This document shows, piece after piece, positions 61,552 to 64,000 of a stretch of DNA of 64,000 bases; position 1 is the stretch's first letter; every line of letters begins with the position of its first letter. The stretch lies in the NCBI GenBank assembly GCA_963796685.1, contig CAWCMR010000025.1:160001-224000 (forward strand). The letters are read 5' to 3'. Below the pieces are notes generated by a model. The model made no database searches, was not told the DNA's origin, and saw nothing but the letters and a program-made list of their open reading frames with translations. Both the position numbers and the translations under genes were made by a program. The DNA comes from an uncultured delta proteobacterium. Lineage in GTDB: Bacteria; Myxococcota_A; Polyangia; Fen-1088.

Positions 61552-62172
61552 GTGAAGGTAACGGACTTCGATTTCACGAAGGATCTCAGCTTCGATCCCA
61601 AGACTGGATACACCACGTTCGGCGGTTCGCGGGTCCTCATCTACGACGCCAACGCCATCGGCTTGCTCAGGCAAAATCTGATCGAACAGCTCGGCTGGGA
61701 AAAGGCGAGGTATTTCTTCCTTCGCCTCGGGTTTCAGAATGGGTACTCGGACTTTCTGCAAATGAAGGTCAACTATACCTTCGACACGGAGATGGATCTC
61801 CTGGCCTCGGGCCCGGTCATCCACACTTGGGAAGGCATCGTGCACGCGGCCCCCAAGGAGATGGCATTCGATCGCGCCAAGGGAACCTTCTTCTTCACCG
61901 GGGTGTGGTCGAATTCCTTCGAGGCCGAACAACACCTCAGCCACAATCAGAACGCGAGCGAGCCGGTCTGCTGGAGCGTCATGGGCTATGCCACGGGATG
62001 GTGCACGGCCTTTTTCGGCAAACCCGTGCTCGCCATCGAACCGGTCTGTCGAGGCAAGGGCGATGCGAGCTGCGAGTGGAAGATTCAACCGCCCGACGCC
62101 TGGGGCAAGGAAGCCAAGGTCTACTTGGACGCCTACGCATCGCTCTTTCAGGAGGTCGCTCGTCATGGCTGA
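61552..62172 (+). CDS. Stand-alone XylR_N + V4R ligand-sensing protein
   Basis: RBS AGGAGG, GTG start, LSFDP..G, LR..LI..LG, GPVIH.WEG, NSFEAE.H, PVCW...GYATG...E..C.GKGD..C. Confidence 0.85.
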   Translation: MKVTDFDFTKDLSFDPKTGYTTFGGSRVLIYDANAIGLLRQNLIEQLGWEKARYFFLRLGFQNGYSDFLQMKVNYTFDTEMDLLASGPVIHTWEGIVHAAPKEMAFDRAKGTFFFTGVWSNSFEAEQHLSHNQNASEPVCWSVMGYATGWCTAFFGKPVLAIEPVCRGKGDASCEWKIQPPDAWGKEAKVYLDAYASLFQEVARHG

Positions 62173-62356
62173 CAAACTGCTCAAGCTCTACAAATTCGCG
62201 CAGGACGAGGGCGGCGCCATCGCCAAGGTCAAGCTGGCCATGGCCACGAAGATGCCATCCAACAAGGCGGCCACCGAGCCCGACTCGAAGGAAAACATCG
62301 AGTTGCTCAGGAAGGCCATCAAGGAGCTCTTGGGCAAGGACGCGCCACTTATCTAG
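62165..62356 (+). CDS. 63-aa hypothetical protein coupled to the V4R gene
   Basis: RBS AGGAGG, start overlaps the V4R 3' end by 8 nt; MADKLLKLYKFAQDEGG...KLAMATKMPS..A..EPDS.ENI. Confidence 0.75.
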   Translation: MADKLLKLYKFAQDEGGAIAKVKLAMATKMPSNKAATEPDSKENIELLRKAIKELLGKDAPLI

Positions 62357-62415
62357 CGCGAGCTCGACTCCTCGGGGCGGGCGGCGCGCTCCCCGCTTCC
62401 TGCTAGATTCCCCAC

Positions 62416-63069
62416 ATGCCGCGCGCAAGCGAAACCGTGCTCATCGATGGCCCCGTCGGCCCCGTGCAAACCCTGGTCGACGAACCCGAAACTTTGCGGG
62501 GGCTGGCGCTCGTGGCCCATCCTCATCCCCTCCTCGGCGGGGCCAACAACAACAAGGTGGTGTACACTCTCGCGCATTGCTTGCGCGATTTCGGCTACCT
62601 GGCGTTGCGACCCAACTTTCGCGGCGTGGGCAAGAGCGCCAGCGTCCACGATCATGGCGTGGGTGAGACCGAGGATCTGCTGGCCGTGATCGACTATGCC
62701 ACGGGACGCTGGGACACCTCGCGCGCGCTGCCGGTGCTCTTGGCCGGGTATTCGTTCGGCGCGTTCGTGCAAACCCGGGTGGCCAAGCGCCTGACCGAAG
62801 GCGAACGGCCAGCCGAGCAATCGATCCTGGTGGCCATGGCCGCGGGACCGCTCGAAGGCAACAGGGAATACCGACCCGAGCCTGTCCCGCGCGGCACTCT
62901 TCTGATCCACGGCGGTCGTGACACCACGGTTCCCTTGGCGAACATCCTCGCCTTCGCCGAGCCACTCGACGTGCCCGTGACCGTGATTCCCGGCGCCGAT
63001 CACTTCTTCCACGGCCGCCTGCACATCCTACGCGAGCTCGTTGAGCGCGATCGACGCGCGGCCCGGTGA
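62416..63069 (+). CDS. Alpha/beta hydrolase (COG2945-like)
   Basis: HPHPLLGG, NFRGVG.S, GYSFG, HGGRD, ADHFF. Confidence 0.88.
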   Translation: MPRASETVLIDGPVGPVQTLVDEPETLRGLALVAHPHPLLGGANNNKVVYTLAHCLRDFGYLALRPNFRGVGKSASVHDHGVGETEDLLAVIDYATGRWDTSRALPVLLAGYSFGAFVQTRVAKRLTEGERPAEQSILVAMAAGPLEGNREYRPEPVPRGTLLIHGGRDTTVPLANILAFAEPLDVPVTVIPGADHFFHGRLHILRELVERDRRAAR

Positions 63070-63142
63070 CCGCGCAATGGCCAAGCATGACGACTGGAAG
63101 TGTGGCACCATCGTAACTCACGTCGAAATCGAACGGAGGGAT

Positions 63143-64000
63143 ATGGATTCAACGTCTCCGGCGGTGGTTGCAAGACTCGCCCTGTTCCTGCTCCTTGGCG
63201 CAGTCGGGTGTGGCGCGGGCTCCAAGGCCCCCCCGAAGATGGATTCCGGCGTCGTCGCGAGTGGCGGAACCACCACCGCAGGCGGCGGCATGCCGGGCAG
63301 CGGCGGCACGATCTCGGCAGGGGCAACCGGTGGGACGACAGGAGCGACGGGCGGCACGCCGTCGAGCCTGGGGGGCGACGCCGGTGCGGCGGGCGCGATC
63401 GGCGGTGGTGGCCGAACCGCGACTGGCGGTTCCACGAGCGGTGGAGGCACCAAGGGCTCTGATGGTGACGTGGGCTCCGGTGGCACGACCACGGCCACCG
63501 GGGGAGTGACCGGCACCGGCGGAAGCCCTACCTCTGGCGGTGGTGGCGGTACGGGCCGCGACGCCAGCGCGCCATCCGACAGCGCACGCGATGCTGGCGA
63601 TGGTCCCCGTGATGACGTCGCCATGGATGTCGGCGGCCTCGACATCGCCGACGCTGGTCCCGGTATCCAGGGGCCGCAGACCTTCCATTGCGTGAACTGG
63701 GCCGACCCGAGGGACAACTTCGTCGACGGCCTGCTCGCGCTCTCGGGCCTGTCTTCCAGCTCGGACACCTATGCGACGGTTCAGACGAAGGCCGGCGACA
63801 TCTTGTCCGAGTTCCAGTCCAAGCTGAAGGCCAACGCCATCCGCATTCCCATCAACGAGCCGACGGTTTCCAGCACGTGGTGGAACGCCTACAAAGCCGT
63901 CATCGATACGGCCGTGGGCAAGGGCATGAAGGTCATTGTCGCGTACTGGGCATACCAAAACGGCAAACCCGACGACGCCGCTGCATTCAAGGCCATGTGG
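63143..64000 (+). CDS. GH5-like lipoprotein, 3'-partial
   Basis: Absent from the ORF track because it runs off the end. RBS GGAGG, ATG 63143, lipobox AVGC, Gly linker, VNWADPRDNF, NAIRIPINEPT, GMKVIVAYW. Confidence 0.7.
   Translation, partial: MDSTSPAVVARLALFLLLGAVGCGAGSKAPPKMDSGVVASGGTTTAGGGMPGSGGTISAGATGGTTGATGGTPSSLGGDAGAAGAIGGGGRTATGGSTSGGGTKGSDGDVGSGGTTTATGGVTGTGGSPTSGGGGGTGRDASAPSDSARDAGDGPRDDVAMDVGGLDIADAGPGIQGPQTFHCVNWADPRDNFVDGLLALSGLSSSSDTYATVQTKAGDILSEFQSKLKANAIRIPINEPTVSSTWWNAYKAVIDTAVGKGMKVIVAYWAYQNGKPDDAAAFKAMW

Noticed and set aside
1845-63768. Many Pro-rich ORFs (PPVPP/PPLP) and long Arg/Ala-rich overlapping ORFs
   Set aside because: They are antisense or off-frame shadows of Gly-rich linkers and high-GC genes, with no independent motifs or RBS.

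Overview
GC-rich bacterial window, most likely Myxococcota (class Polyangia-like), judged from MYXO-CTERM tails, a fibro-slime/Cys-rich repeat protein and long Gly/Ser/Thr linkers. Most of it is a large plant-polysaccharide (arabinan/arabinoxylan/galactan) utilisation region with about 18 secreted CAZyme-like genes: 5 CE1-like esterases, 2 SGNH hydrolases, GH2, GH27, GH30, 2 GH39, 3 GH54, a partial GH5 and a DUF3237 protein. Nearly all are tethered by an N-terminal lipobox or a C-terminal MYXO-CTERM through very long Gly-rich linkers. They surround an L-arabinose core: LacI-araB-araA-araD, divergent from SSS symporter-LamB porin-galM. Main observations: (1) a bipartite motif RAYGGAAWY-N12-CCACTRC in six copies upstream of secreted-protein genes, a candidate ECF-sigma promoter regulon; (2) two paralogous two-gene modules of a TPR/hydrophobic-hairpin protein plus a Cys-rich lipoprotein with a variable CBM-like tip, one split by a complete IS4 element; (3) an ~88-bp inverted duplication giving twin promoters and operators for the ara divergon; (4) five ORF breaks that all fall in AGCT or GATC contexts, probably methylation-linked sequencing errors; (5) three GT-C-like membrane proteins and an orphan XylR_N/V4R sensor with a 63-aa partner. 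No rRNA, tRNA or CRISPR array was seen. All family calls come from motif recognition by eye, not database searches.
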